Of a stretch of 24,888 bases of DNA, positions 9,337 to 18,703 are shown in pieces (within the stretch, counting starts at the first letter, position 1; each line of letters begins with the position of its first letter). The position numbers were made by a program, and so were the translations under genes. Source of the DNA: a virus (taxonomy: Duplodnaviria; Caudoviricetes); the IMG/VR virus record IMGVR_UViG_3300025848_000177, positions 1 to 24,888 of that record, one strand, 5' to 3'. The notes below the pieces were generated by a model that was not told the DNA's origin, did not search any database, and saw nothing but the letters and a program-made list of their open reading frames with translations.

Positions 9337-9620
9337 CTCTGGGTCACATTGGGTGGACAGAGAGGGACCTTTATGAAAGTAGCCCTGAGAGCGTTTACTT
9401 AGCGTTCCAGGGCTATTTCAATAAAAGGGAAGCCGATGAGAAAGTAATGCGTAATTTGGGATGGATTTCTTATAAGGTGGGAGGCGGGAAGTCAAATAAT
9501 GTTGAATCCTTCTGGCCCATCGGAAAGTCAAAACCTACTGCCAGCAAAGTATGGGGGGACACCCCTGAGGAGGCGAGGGCTAATTATGAGGCGATTATGA
9601 AAGCACATAAAATAAAATAA
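9300..9620 (+). CDS. gpT-like C-terminal part of frameshifted chaperone gpGT (8983-9620, ~212 aa); absent from the ORF track
   Basis: -1 frame reads KAEEYWEECHKIALGHIGWTERDLYESSPESVYLAFQGYFNKREADEKVMRNLGW...FWPIG...KAHKIK*; its stop overlaps the tape-measure ATG (TAATG). Confidence 0.85.
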   Translation, partial: KAEEYWEECHKIALGHIGWTERDLYESSPESVYLAFQGYFNKREADEKVMRNLGWISYKVGGGKSNNVESFWPIGKSKPTASKVWGDTPEEARANYEAIMKAHKIK

Positions 9621-12600
9621 TGGCAGAATTAAAAATACCGGTTTCGGTTGATTTAGGTAACAGCCTGAAGAATCTCAAAGATGTTAAGAAGGGGGTTGAG
9701 GATATTGGTGATGGTGCTAAAAAAACCGATGATAAGTTAAAAAATAGCAAACCTGACCAGCCATTTGTTCCATTAAAAAAGCAATTAAAGGAAGCTGTAA
9801 TTGAGCAGCAGAGGCTGACTGAGCAGTTTGGCGCATTTAGTGTACAGGCTAAAACGGCGGCGGCAAAGGTTGCTGATTTGAGGGATAGGATAGGTGATGC
9901 CAAACAGATAAGCGATTCATTCAATCCGGAAACCCGATACCAAAATCTGACTCTTGCGGTAGCAGGTGCGGCTGGTTCCATGAATGTATTAATAGGCGCA
10001 CAGACTCTGCTCGGAAATAAAAGCGAAGCCTTAGGGAAAATATTTCAAAGGATTGGAGGTGCCTTACAATTAACAGCTGGCTTAGCAGCTCTTAGTCAGA
10101 CAAAGGATGCAATCAAAGCTCTTGGCGTGGGTGCATCTGCATCATTTGGGAAAATGGTTGCCGGTATTCAAGCCGCAACCGGAGCCACAAAAGGACTATC
10201 GGCGGCTATAGCTTCGACCGGAATCGGTCTGCTTTTGGTCGGGATTGGCTTGGCCATTACTGCTATTTCTAACTATGCGAGTAAACTTGAAGAGGGTAAA
10301 AAGAAGCAGGAGGAATTTAATAAGGCTCTTGGTGAGGGATTTACAAAAGGCACAGTTGATGCCAGCGATGAGATGGAGAATCTCAGCAATATATTGGATA
10401 AAGCCAAGAATAAAACTGTGTCCAATGCTGTAGCCATAGAAAAATATAACTCAACTATAGGCAGGTTCAAGGGCCGGGCTACTACCATAGAAGAGGTTCA
10501 GAAGGGGTTCAATGACTTTTCACAGGAATATATTGACAGGTCTGGCAGAATGCAGGTAGCCGATTTGGCATTTCAAAAGGGAAATGAGGAGCTTGCCACC
10601 GCACAGCTGAAACGATGGATGGCTACAAATAACAACAGAAGCCAAAGTGATAAGACGAGATTGCTGCAAGAGGCATCTGACCTGGAAGCCTCATCATATC
10701 AACACAAAGCAAAAGCGAGGGAGATAAGACAAGTGTGGAGTGACTGGGGGGATGATATGTCTGATATTCAAAAAGATTTTGCCAATGATTTGAAAAACCT
10801 GACAAAAGAAACAGGCCAATTAAGAAAAAAAGGCATGGACAGGGAGCTTCAGGTGGTAGAAGATGGTAAAAATGAGTTATTAAAAAAGCTTGAAGATGCA
10901 AACCTGAGCGAGGCAGATAAAGAAAAAGCACGGCAGACAATAGTTGAAAATGCAGAATTAAAAACCAATGAGGTAAGAAAAAAGTATTCAGACGAGGCAT
11001 TGCAGCAGTTGCGAGGTTTTTGGAAAATGCGGGATGAGATAAATAACAAAGCCTACCTTAATGGGATAAAGAATGAGGAAACGAGGGCAACAGAATCGGC
11101 ACGGCTTTCTTATGAGCAGGCTTTGAAGGATGCTGATAATGATAAAAAGAATATCAAATACAGGGCGCAGTTAAAGGCGGCGATTGAAAATCAGTATCAA
11201 AATGAACTGCTACAGATACAAAAGGACTTTGGCGCTCGGAGAGTAGATGCCATAAAAGAAGCGGATGATATGGCTGTCCAGACTCATCTCAACTCATTAA
11301 AGGATTCAAGATACAAGAGCATCCAAGAAGAAACAATAAATTATCAGAAATCTCTCGATTTGCTGATTGAGAATCTTGACAAGGGAATATATACACAAGA
11401 AGTATATGAATACAAAAGGGAGCAGTTAGAAAAAAGTCACAGGCAGAATCTGAGCAATATCAATAAGGACTGGGACAATAAGGATCTTGATAATCTTAAA
11501 AAATTGAATGATTTAAGATTTGAGGTAATGCTTGGAGGATTAAAAAAGGAAAAGGATAAGAAGATAGCTGAATTGCAAAAAGCAAGTCAGAATGAGCAGG
11601 ATCAGAATAACAGGGACTATGCTGCTGGACTTATTGACTATGCTCAATATTTAGAAACTCGTAATCTTCTTAACAAAAAGTATAATCAGGAATTAGCCAA
11701 AATAAATAAGGAAGACTGGGAGAAACTTCAGGACATAATCACGACTGCCGTGGAAACCACGATGGAGGATATGGCTGCGGCTCTTGGCAGTGCCATCGGT
11801 GCGGGTGAGGATCCCTTTGAGGCACTTAAAACAACATTCCTTACATCTTTGGGTAATTTGGCCACTGATTTGGGTAAGCAGATAGTGGTATTCTCAAAGC
11901 TATTTGAACTTTTGAGTAAAGCTATCGCAGGTTTGGGGTTTGCCGGAAAGTTGGCGGCTGGTCTTGCCCTTATCGCCTTTGGTGCTGCTGTTAAAGCTGC
12001 CGCCTCAAAGAGTGCTAAAAGGGCAGGCTTCGCCACAGGTGGCTTCATCTACGGACCGGGTACTGAGACAAGCGATTCCATTCCTGCCCGCCTTAGCCGT
12101 GGTGAATATGTGGTGAGGGCTAAGATGGTTAAGAGGTATGGCAAGGACTTTTTCGACAGGCTGAATCGTGGCATCCCTGAGCCGGAACCTTGGAGGGCAA
12201 TAGTAAACAAAACTGCTATGGACCCGTCACGGGCCATAGTAAACAGGTCCCAGGCTATGAGGTTTGCCACGGGTGGTTTTATACATGGTCCCGGTACAGA
12301 GACATCAGATTCCATTTTTGCAATGTTGTCAAGGGGAGAATATGTTATAAAAGCTAAGGCAGTAAAGAAATATGGCAAAGACTTTTTTGATAAGCTTAAT
12401 AAAGGAATCCCTGAGCCGGAACCTTATAAGGCATTGGTGAACCGTACAGCGATGGACCCATCAAGAGCCTTGGTAAACAGATCTCAGGTGATGAAGTTTG
12501 CCTTCGGCGGTTATGTGGACCCTTTTGTGGATAGGTCAAGAGCTTTAGTAAATAGATTTGAAAGCAACCCGCTGGGGCTGGATTCGGGATGGAGAGCCAT

Positions 12601-12760
12601 AGTAAACCGACCCCTGCCGGATACGCCAAGAGTGGTCACAGGAAATGTCAGGATAACCGAAGGCATGACAGGAGGAATAATAGCTGAAACCAAGATAAGC
12701 GGACAGGACCTCAAAATATTACTTCACCGAGCCGACAGGCGATACTCAAATGCAACTTAA
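9620..12760 (+). CDS. Tape measure protein
   Basis: 1046 aa, helical and Ala/Lys/Glu-rich, with Gly/Ala hydrophobic segments and C-terminal FATGG..GPGTETSDSIPARLSRGEYV motif; follows G/GT. Confidence 0.93.
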   Translation: MAELKIPVSVDLGNSLKNLKDVKKGVEDIGDGAKKTDDKLKNSKPDQPFVPLKKQLKEAVIEQQRLTEQFGAFSVQAKTAAAKVADLRDRIGDAKQISDSFNPETRYQNLTLAVAGAAGSMNVLIGAQTLLGNKSEALGKIFQRIGGALQLTAGLAALSQTKDAIKALGVGASASFGKMVAGIQAATGATKGLSAAIASTGIGLLLVGIGLAITAISNYASKLEEGKKKQEEFNKALGEGFTKGTVDASDEMENLSNILDKAKNKTVSNAVAIEKYNSTIGRFKGRATTIEEVQKGFNDFSQEYIDRSGRMQVADLAFQKGNEELATAQLKRWMATNNNRSQSDKTRLLQEASDLEASSYQHKAKAREIRQVWSDWGDDMSDIQKDFANDLKNLTKETGQLRKKGMDRELQVVEDGKNELLKKLEDANLSEADKEKARQTIVENAELKTNEVRKKYSDEALQQLRGFWKMRDEINNKAYLNGIKNEETRATESARLSYEQALKDADNDKKNIKYRAQLKAAIENQYQNELLQIQKDFGARRVDAIKEADDMAVQTHLNSLKDSRYKSIQEETINYQKSLDLLIENLDKGIYTQEVYEYKREQLEKSHRQNLSNINKDWDNKDLDNLKKLNDLRFEVMLGGLKKEKDKKIAELQKASQNEQDQNNRDYAAGLIDYAQYLETRNLLNKKYNQELAKINKEDWEKLQDIITTAVETTMEDMAAALGSAIGAGEDPFEALKTTFLTSLGNLATDLGKQIVVFSKLFELLSKAIAGLGFAGKLAAGLALIAFGAAVKAAASKSAKRAGFATGGFIYGPGTETSDSIPARLSRGEYVVRAKMVKRYGKDFFDRLNRGIPEPEPWRAIVNKTAMDPSRAIVNRSQAMRFATGGFIHGPGTETSDSIFAMLSRGEYVIKAKAVKKYGKDFFDKLNKGIPEPEPYKALVNRTAMDPSRALVNRSQVMKFAFGGYVDPFVDRSRALVNRFESNPLGLDSGWRAIVNRPLPDTPRVVTGNVRITEGMTGGIIAETKISGQDLKILLHRADRRYSNAT
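12029..12515 (+). repeat. Two full 234-nt (78-aa) tandem repeats plus the start of a third in the tape measure C-terminus
   Basis: FATGG at 12029, FATGG at 12263, FAFGG at 12497; 62/78 aa identical between full copies (hand count). Confidence 0.9.
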
Positions 12761-15156
12761 TGTACTGGGACTCCTATGGACTTTATGCACAAGGCAGCTT
12801 TGATTCTCTGCCATCAGGACAGACAATATCATACGCCTTTAGAATATATCGGAAGGCATACAAAGGTGCCGTAAAATCGACCCTGTGCGGTCAGGATGCC
12901 ATTATCTTGAGGTACTTGGCTGACCAGCCTAACCCACCCATTAAAGGGTCCGAGGTGGAACTGAACCTGATAAATATTGACGGCACAATGCCGCTCAGTA
13001 ATTTCTACTCCGAGGAGGATGACACCTATAAGATACAGGTGGACTCAACCTATCTGATTCCCGATATAATCAATCCGGGTTTTTTTATCTCTGAAACCAA
13101 GCGCATATTTGAGGGCTTTCTTGTACAGGAGGACTGCGAGGAGGAGCTGACGGACTTCAGCCATAATATAAGGCTTGTATTTACTGATAATCTGGGCATA
13201 CTTAAAGATATATCTTTTAATGATGCCAACAAGGTATCAGCTCCATTAGCTGCTGATTTGCGGCAGGATATCATGGCTGTGGCGATACTTGAAGCAAACT
13301 ACCCCACAGGATTAGGCTGGCGGCTTTATGTGTCCAAGACAACCGGATCCCCACAGGTTGGTGATTTTGTCACCGTCCAGCGGGCAGGTGCGGCCAATGG
13401 GACCTATGAGATACTGAAGATACAGGCAGCCCCGGCAACTACGGGTTATTGGTTGTACATCAAAGAGAATCCGCCCGGCGTGGTGCTTACATCTACCAGT
13501 GCCTTGGTGACATACATAACGCCATCGGATATAAGCTGGAGGATAAGCATTGCCGATTGTGTCAGGATATGCCTGATGGCTACTAATATACCGCTGGAGA
13601 TTTATTACATGGGTAACCTGCTCCCCGTACTTGAGGCAACAGTATATCCACGATTCATGGAGAATACTTATATTGATGCCCGGACATTCTTACAGGATAG
13701 CAACTGGGACTCATGTTATACAGTATTGGAAAAGATAGGCGAGAAGTTTGGGCTTACGATATGCCAGGCTGATGGGGTATGGATGATAATACGATGGCAT
13801 GAGCTGAGGTATTATGACAATGGCCTGATAGCTTACAAATATGATCAATATATGACTTACTTCGGCAGTGAGTCACCATATACCAAGGAGATCAGCATCG
13901 GTGCTGGTGAGGATGTGGAGGCGGGTGCCAAGGAAATACTGATAAGGCCATACCAGAACTACACGGAGAAGCTTCAATATACTCAGATACCGAATACCTT
14001 GTATAATGGGAATATGATGGAGCTGGGTGCTTTTGTCCGCAGGCGGTCTTTTAATACTGATGGGCAGGATTATTATGCTTACGAATATGAGGCTTTGAAT
14101 TATGAGCTGATGCCGGGTTTGGCCAATACCTATGAGGTGCATATCCATGTAATCAAGAAGCAGGGGACGGAGGAGGAGGTGGATAGGTTCCTGAGAATTC
14201 AGCAGGTCACAGGTACTCCGGTAGTGGAGAGAAAGGTAATCAGGACAAATGCCATCGAGGTAAACAAAGGAGACAGGCTGAAGATAAGCTGGCAGCATCA
14301 GGCGTGGAATACTGGAGGGGCAAATATTTATACATTTTTACAGGTAGAAAAAGGGACGGCTGCGGCAGATAAATATTTCGTTAATGGAGTAAAGGATGAT
14401 GATGATCTTAACGGATGGAAAGACTTGCCAAGTTTTAATACGGTTTCTCCTGATTTAAGACCTCCGGCAAGGTCTTCAAGTAGTTTCAGTACAGCATTTT
14501 TGCCTGAAGATTTGGCGGTTCCTCGTGATTTGAATACCATCACAATAGAAACCCAAGCTATTCCATTTGATGGAATATTTTATATGTACCTCGGATGCAA
14601 CTCGATATCTAACCCGGCTTTACAGGACTTCAAAGGGTTATCGGTAGAGATAAGCACAATGGCTGCCGACCTCAACAGGCTCGGACATGAGAACAAAGCA
14701 TTCATAAGCAAGGCTGTAAAGAACAGGCTGAACCAGGATATATACATGGATAACACCCTGAAGAACTTTTATAAGGGTACATTATTTATGAATTCATTCC
14801 TCAATCAGATACAAATCAAAGCCCTTGAATGGCAGGATGGTCAGACACTGGGAAAATATACACTCGGATATATAACCACCCGGCAGGAGGAGTTATGGCG
14901 TGACAAAATAAGAAGTAAGATAGAGCTGAAGTTTTGGCCTCTCATCAATGCTGATTACAAGCGGCCGACTATTTACAATGTAATTCTTTTCAGCCCTAAG
15001 GCAGGGAAAAGTTTTATTTTTGGAAAAGCAGATTTTAACCTCAGGGAGAACTTTGTGCAAGGCACCATTTTTGAAATGTGGAAAACGGGAGAGGATACAG
15101 GCCAAGGGGTGGCTGATGTGAATATAAAGTATGAACAGAAATTCTTATACAAATGA
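12760..15156 (+). CDS. Large tail-tip/baseplate hub protein (putative)
   Basis: 798 aa, beta-rich, coupled to the tape measure stop; IFEGFL, FTDNLGILKD and CYTVLEKIGEKFGLTICQADGVWMII resemble hub-like proteins; mainly a positional call. Confidence 0.6.
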   Translation: MYWDSYGLYAQGSFDSLPSGQTISYAFRIYRKAYKGAVKSTLCGQDAIILRYLADQPNPPIKGSEVELNLINIDGTMPLSNFYSEEDDTYKIQVDSTYLIPDIINPGFFISETKRIFEGFLVQEDCEEELTDFSHNIRLVFTDNLGILKDISFNDANKVSAPLAADLRQDIMAVAILEANYPTGLGWRLYVSKTTGSPQVGDFVTVQRAGAANGTYEILKIQAAPATTGYWLYIKENPPGVVLTSTSALVTYITPSDISWRISIADCVRICLMATNIPLEIYYMGNLLPVLEATVYPRFMENTYIDARTFLQDSNWDSCYTVLEKIGEKFGLTICQADGVWMIIRWHELRYYDNGLIAYKYDQYMTYFGSESPYTKEISIGAGEDVEAGAKEILIRPYQNYTEKLQYTQIPNTLYNGNMMELGAFVRRRSFNTDGQDYYAYEYEALNYELMPGLANTYEVHIHVIKKQGTEEEVDRFLRIQQVTGTPVVERKVIRTNAIEVNKGDRLKISWQHQAWNTGGANIYTFLQVEKGTAAADKYFVNGVKDDDDLNGWKDLPSFNTVSPDLRPPARSSSSFSTAFLPEDLAVPRDLNTITIETQAIPFDGIFYMYLGCNSISNPALQDFKGLSVEISTMAADLNRLGHENKAFISKAVKNRLNQDIYMDNTLKNFYKGTLFMNSFLNQIQIKALEWQDGQTLGKYTLGYITTRQEELWRDKIRSKIELKFWPLINADYKRPTIYNVILFSPKAGKSFIFGKADFNLRENFVQGTIFEMWKTGEDTGQGVADVNIKYEQKFLYK

Positions 15157-15833
15157 GCCTGATAAGGGGTGAAAATGTGATACTTTACTTTTATGACGGT
15201 GGCCTGTGGAAGCCCATCGTATGCGGAAGGTCCTGTAATTTAACCACCAATGCGGAGGTGATTGAGACATCCATCACCGGTTCCGGGGTATGGCGGACCT
15301 ATGAATACACGGCCCTCACATGGTCAGCAAGCCTGGAGGGCCTTATCTTCCTTGAAAAGGTAAACTCTCTCAGCACAGCAGACCTAAGGGCCATGCAGTT
15401 TGGAAGGGTTAAGATACTAATGAGATACCAAAGGACGGATGAGGATGCCAATGTTTACCTTGAGGAGGGATATGCCCTGATAACAGGGGTGAGTGATACC
15501 GGGGATACAGGCTCTGCTGCTACTTTTTCGATGGACCTGAAAGGCACAGGACCGCTGGAGATAGTATTTACACCAACACCAATAGACCCCACAGCTAAAG
15601 TGAAAAGATTTGAATATACCGCAACTGGAGGTGAAACAGGTTTTACCAACAGCTCCCTGCAATCGAAGGATATTATCGAGGTGGTTCTCGATGGCATCAG
15701 CAGGTCAAAGATTATTACCGCCGGCACGCCCACGGATCAGGAGGCGAAGTACACATCAGGCACGGGGGGGATTGAGTTCCCTTTCACGCTGGATGCGGAT
15801 ATGGAGGTTTATGTATTATATCAAGATATATAA
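15153..15833 (+). CDS. Second tail-tube-fold protein (TP901-1 major-tail-like) with C-terminal YTATGGE module
   Basis: IRGENVILY, CGRSCNLTTNAEVIETS, WSASLEG, GYALITGVS and ATFSMDLKGTGPL align by eye with 8555-8983. Confidence 0.75.
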   Translation: MSLIRGENVILYFYDGGLWKPIVCGRSCNLTTNAEVIETSITGSGVWRTYEYTALTWSASLEGLIFLEKVNSLSTADLRAMQFGRVKILMRYQRTDEDANVYLEEGYALITGVSDTGDTGSAATFSMDLKGTGPLEIVFTPTPIDPTAKVKRFEYTATGGETGFTNSSLQSKDIIEVVLDGISRSKIITAGTPTDQEAKYTSGTGGIEFPFTLDADMEVYVLYQDI

Positions 15834-15834
15834 G

Positions 15835-17529
15835 ATGAAATATTTATTTTTCTTTTTATTGTTGATTTCTTCAGTGGCTTATGCCCAGGAGCCGCAGTAT
15901 GTACCCATGCGGAGTAACTACAAGTTCCGGGGGGTGCGGGTGGATTCGTTACTGCTTTTTCCATCGGTAGCCGATACGGGTACTGCCAATAGTCTGGGCA
16001 TGGGGATAGAGGGGAATACCATCCGTATAGGCAGTGTGGTATGGGTAAGATATGGGGGCAAATGGAATGAGATCACCGGAGGCGGAGGAGGAGGTGGCGT
16101 GAGCAGTGTGGGTAGTGGGTATGGCCTTTTGGGTGGACCCATTACAAGTACCGGAACGCTGTCGGTAGATACTTCTGTGATAGCCACGATTAATGATGTG
16201 AACGGCTTCGTTCCATATACAGGGGCGACTGCTGACCTTGACTTAGGTGCGAATAGTTTGAATGCTAATAATATCAAGGTGAACGGCACGAATGGGGCAG
16301 GGCATATTGACTTAAAGCATCAAAGCAGTCCGGCATCGGCGCAAGGCAATACGACTGCAATATATGCTGATGCGGATGGGTATATGGCTTGGAAGAATGA
16401 CAATGAGTATCGCAGCACCTTGGCTATGCCGCAGACGGCAAACAGGGTTTACACCTTTCAGGATAAGAGTTACACATTGGCTGATGATGCGGAAATGACT
16501 TTGCAGGGGGTAACGGATAACGGAAGTATTACCACCAATGAGATTAGCGTTGATAAGGTGAACATATATGACGGAGCTAATGATAACTATGGCTATTTGG
16601 AGATTGAGGATAATATGGTGGTCTTGGGAAATGCCAATGGACAGGTATTAGGGTCTGAGGGTAATGGTGTTTATCTTTACGGAGATAATACTGCAACGAT
16701 ATCAAGTATAAATCTGACTGCACCACGGACTTATTCCCTTCCCGATGCTACTGGCACTATTCTTCTTGCAGAAGATACGGCAAGTATGTTGAGCAACTAC
16801 GCCAAAAATGATTCCTACACTCTCAATGCGGTTGCCACTAATGGAAATAGAACTGCTCAAAATATCGGTGCGAATGGGTATTATATGTATGATGTGGCAA
16901 ATGATTTATTCTATGATGCGAAAATGTGGTTTTCTGATGATGAATACAGATTTGATAATAATGCTGGCCAAACTATTTTAGGATTAGCAGCCAATAACAT
17001 TGTGCTTGGCGATGGTAGCAGATATGCCACAATAAATGCGAATGCGTTAAGTACAAGTAGGGCATTCACTTTGCCTGATAAAGCAGGGCAGTTTATCCTT
17101 GATTCAGACACCGCTGCGATGCTTACGAACTACCTCCGTGCCACCGCCTTTCCAGTCGCTACCTTCGGGGCAGGGTCAGGGGCGGCAGGTGATACGGCTG
17201 CATTTAGTGCCACCGCCTTATATGGTACCTTTTACCTGAACACAGGGGCAGATACCATTGTACTTACGGGATATACGGCTGCGGTGCTTGGCACATCTCC
17301 GAGCATAACACCTACGATATATTGGAACGATTCATTGAATGTGACGGCAGGGGCTACCAAGGCAGTGACCAGTCCTGCTGCGGTAACGAGTACCACCACG
17401 GGGAACACGGTTACAAGTTTGAATAATACAAAGATTCCTCCGGGTAACTTTGTGTGGGTTGTTACTGAAACGGTGACTACTAAGCCGACATATTTCACTT
17501 TAACGCTAATAGGGTATAGGAAAAGATGA
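15835..17529 (+). CDS. Tail-fibre-like protein (564 aa) with N-terminal Sec signal peptide
   Basis: ATG 15835 is 1 nt after the upstream stop. MKYLFFFLLLISSVAYA|Q; fibre-type motifs GGGGVSSVGSGYGLLGGPITSTGTLS, VPYTGATADLDLG, TLQGVTDNG, TAPRTYSLPDATGT. Confidence 0.8.
   Translation: MKYLFFFLLLISSVAYAQEPQYVPMRSNYKFRGVRVDSLLLFPSVADTGTANSLGMGIEGNTIRIGSVVWVRYGGKWNEITGGGGGGGVSSVGSGYGLLGGPITSTGTLSVDTSVIATINDVNGFVPYTGATADLDLGANSLNANNIKVNGTNGAGHIDLKHQSSPASAQGNTTAIYADADGYMAWKNDNEYRSTLAMPQTANRVYTFQDKSYTLADDAEMTLQGVTDNGSITTNEISVDKVNIYDGANDNYGYLEIEDNMVVLGNANGQVLGSEGNGVYLYGDNTATISSINLTAPRTYSLPDATGTILLAEDTASMLSNYAKNDSYTLNAVATNGNRTAQNIGANGYYMYDVANDLFYDAKMWFSDDEYRFDNNAGQTILGLAANNIVLGDGSRYATINANALSTSRAFTLPDKAGQFILDSDTAAMLTNYLRATAFPVATFGAGSGAAGDTAAFSATALYGTFYLNTGADTIVLTGYTAAVLGTSPSITPTIYWNDSLNVTAGATKAVTSPAAVTSTTTGNTVTSLNNTKIPPGNFVWVVTETVTTKPTYFTLTLIGYRKR
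16498..17133 (+). repeat. Two ~107-aa internal repeats in the fibre-like protein
   Basis: TLQGVTDNG...YDGAND...RTYSLPDATGTILLAEDTASMLSNY versus TLNAVATNG...YDVAND...RAFTLPDKAGQFILDSDTAAMLTNY; starts at 16498 and 16819. Confidence 0.75.
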
Positions 17530-18446
17530 GGCTAATAGTTTTATTCATATTACTTTCCGTTGGGGCAGATGCTCAGATAATAAGGGGCAATATGTATTAT
17601 GTGCCGATGGCAGGTGTTACTTATTTACTTGATGCTTATCCAAATGCTGCTGCTGCTTATTCTTTGCGTAAGTTAAAAAGTTCTTATTCGGGCAGTGCTA
17701 TCAGGGTGAGGAGGTCTAATGACAATGCGGAGCAGGATATCGGCTTTGTTGGTCAGGATTTGGACACGGCTACGATGAAGACCTTTGTCGGGGCGAATAG
17801 CGGCTTTGTGACTACTTGGTATGACCAAAGCGGCAATGGCAGAAATGCTACACAGACAACTGCCGCAAATCAGCCAAGCATAATTACATCGGGAGTAATA
17901 GATAGACTTGGTGGAAAAATGGGTATAAAATCAGATGGGTCTAATGACCTTTTGCGGATTACGAGTGGATTGGATATTTTACAAAACAAGTCGCACGGTC
18001 TTCTTTTCGCAGTAGCGTGTAATACTAATACATCATCGACAAGATATTTATTCTTTATAACAACATCTACAGCAGGTTTTGCGAGATTTCTTTTTGATTT
18101 TAACAGAAGTGCCTCAAAAACAGGACTGGGGGGTAGGAGATTAGATGCCGATGCATTCCAAAGCATTCAATCATCAACTAATTACTCCACTACTGCATTG
18201 CAACTCCACGAGGGCAGAATAGATTATGCAACATCAGATGCATACATTTATCTGAATAGTTCACAGGTTGCAAGTAGCACATCATTTCAAACAGATGGTA
18301 ATACATCCAATACATCGTCTAATTCCTTTAGTTTAATGGAACTAATGGCAGGGTATTCTTCAGAAATTATATTTTACAATACCAACCAAACCTCCAACCG
18401 CACAGGCATAGAAACTAACATAAACAACTACTACTCACTTTACTAA
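17526..18446 (+). CDS. LamG/ConA-like (arabinofuranosidase-B-catalytic-like) putative receptor-binding protein with Sec signal peptide
   Basis: MRLIVLFILLSVGADA|Q; AAAYSLRKL, AIRVRRSND, EQDIGF, FVTTWYDQSGNGRNATQ, NQP, SEIIFYN, IETNINNYY. Confidence 0.78.
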   Translation: MRLIVLFILLSVGADAQIIRGNMYYVPMAGVTYLLDAYPNAAAAYSLRKLKSSYSGSAIRVRRSNDNAEQDIGFVGQDLDTATMKTFVGANSGFVTTWYDQSGNGRNATQTTAANQPSIITSGVIDRLGGKMGIKSDGSNDLLRITSGLDILQNKSHGLLFAVACNTNTSSTRYLFFITTSTAGFARFLFDFNRSASKTGLGGRRLDADAFQSIQSSTNYSTTALQLHEGRIDYATSDAYIYLNSSQVASSTSFQTDGNTSNTSSNSFSLMELMAGYSSEIIFYNTNQTSNRTGIETNINNYYSLY

Positions 18447-18703
18447 TGAAATACCTCATATACAATACCAAGGCACAGGCGCAGAGCAGGTCAGAGCAGA
18501 TAGCACTATCACTCGGAGCAGGGGACTCCGCAGAAGATGTGACAAAGTACTGGTTCGCCATACTTGAACACCCAAAGAACATACCCCTGTCAGCAATGGA
18601 GATACCTGAAAATGAGATATCCAAACTGACACAAGCCGAACAGGCTCTATTGAAAGATGAGACTTTTATGACTAATCAAGGATGGTTTAATAACGAAATA
18701 TGA
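18446..18703 (+). CDS. Small hypothetical protein in fibre module (possible RBP partner/chaperone)
   Basis: 85 aa, coupled on both sides; no hydrophobic leader. Confidence 0.65.
   Translation: MKYLIYNTKAQAQSRSEQIALSLGAGDSAEDVTKYWFAILEHPKNIPLSAMEIPENEISKLTQAEQALLKDETFMTNQGWFNNEI

Noticed and set aside
12029-12610. Tape-measure repeats as DGR, CRISPR-like or DNA-level sites
   Set aside because: In-frame, with largely synonymous or conservative changes at all bases; no identical repeats with unique spacers.
15610-15834. 75-aa N-terminal extension of the fibre ORF in the track
   Set aside because: Overlaps the conserved module of the upstream gene in another frame. ATG 15835 follows the upstream stop by 1 nt and matches the paralogous start at 18700.
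16078-16098. Poly-Gly GGN run as a phase-variable repeat
   Set aside because: Mixed codons (gga ggc gga gga gga ggt ggc); an ordinary flexible fibre linker.
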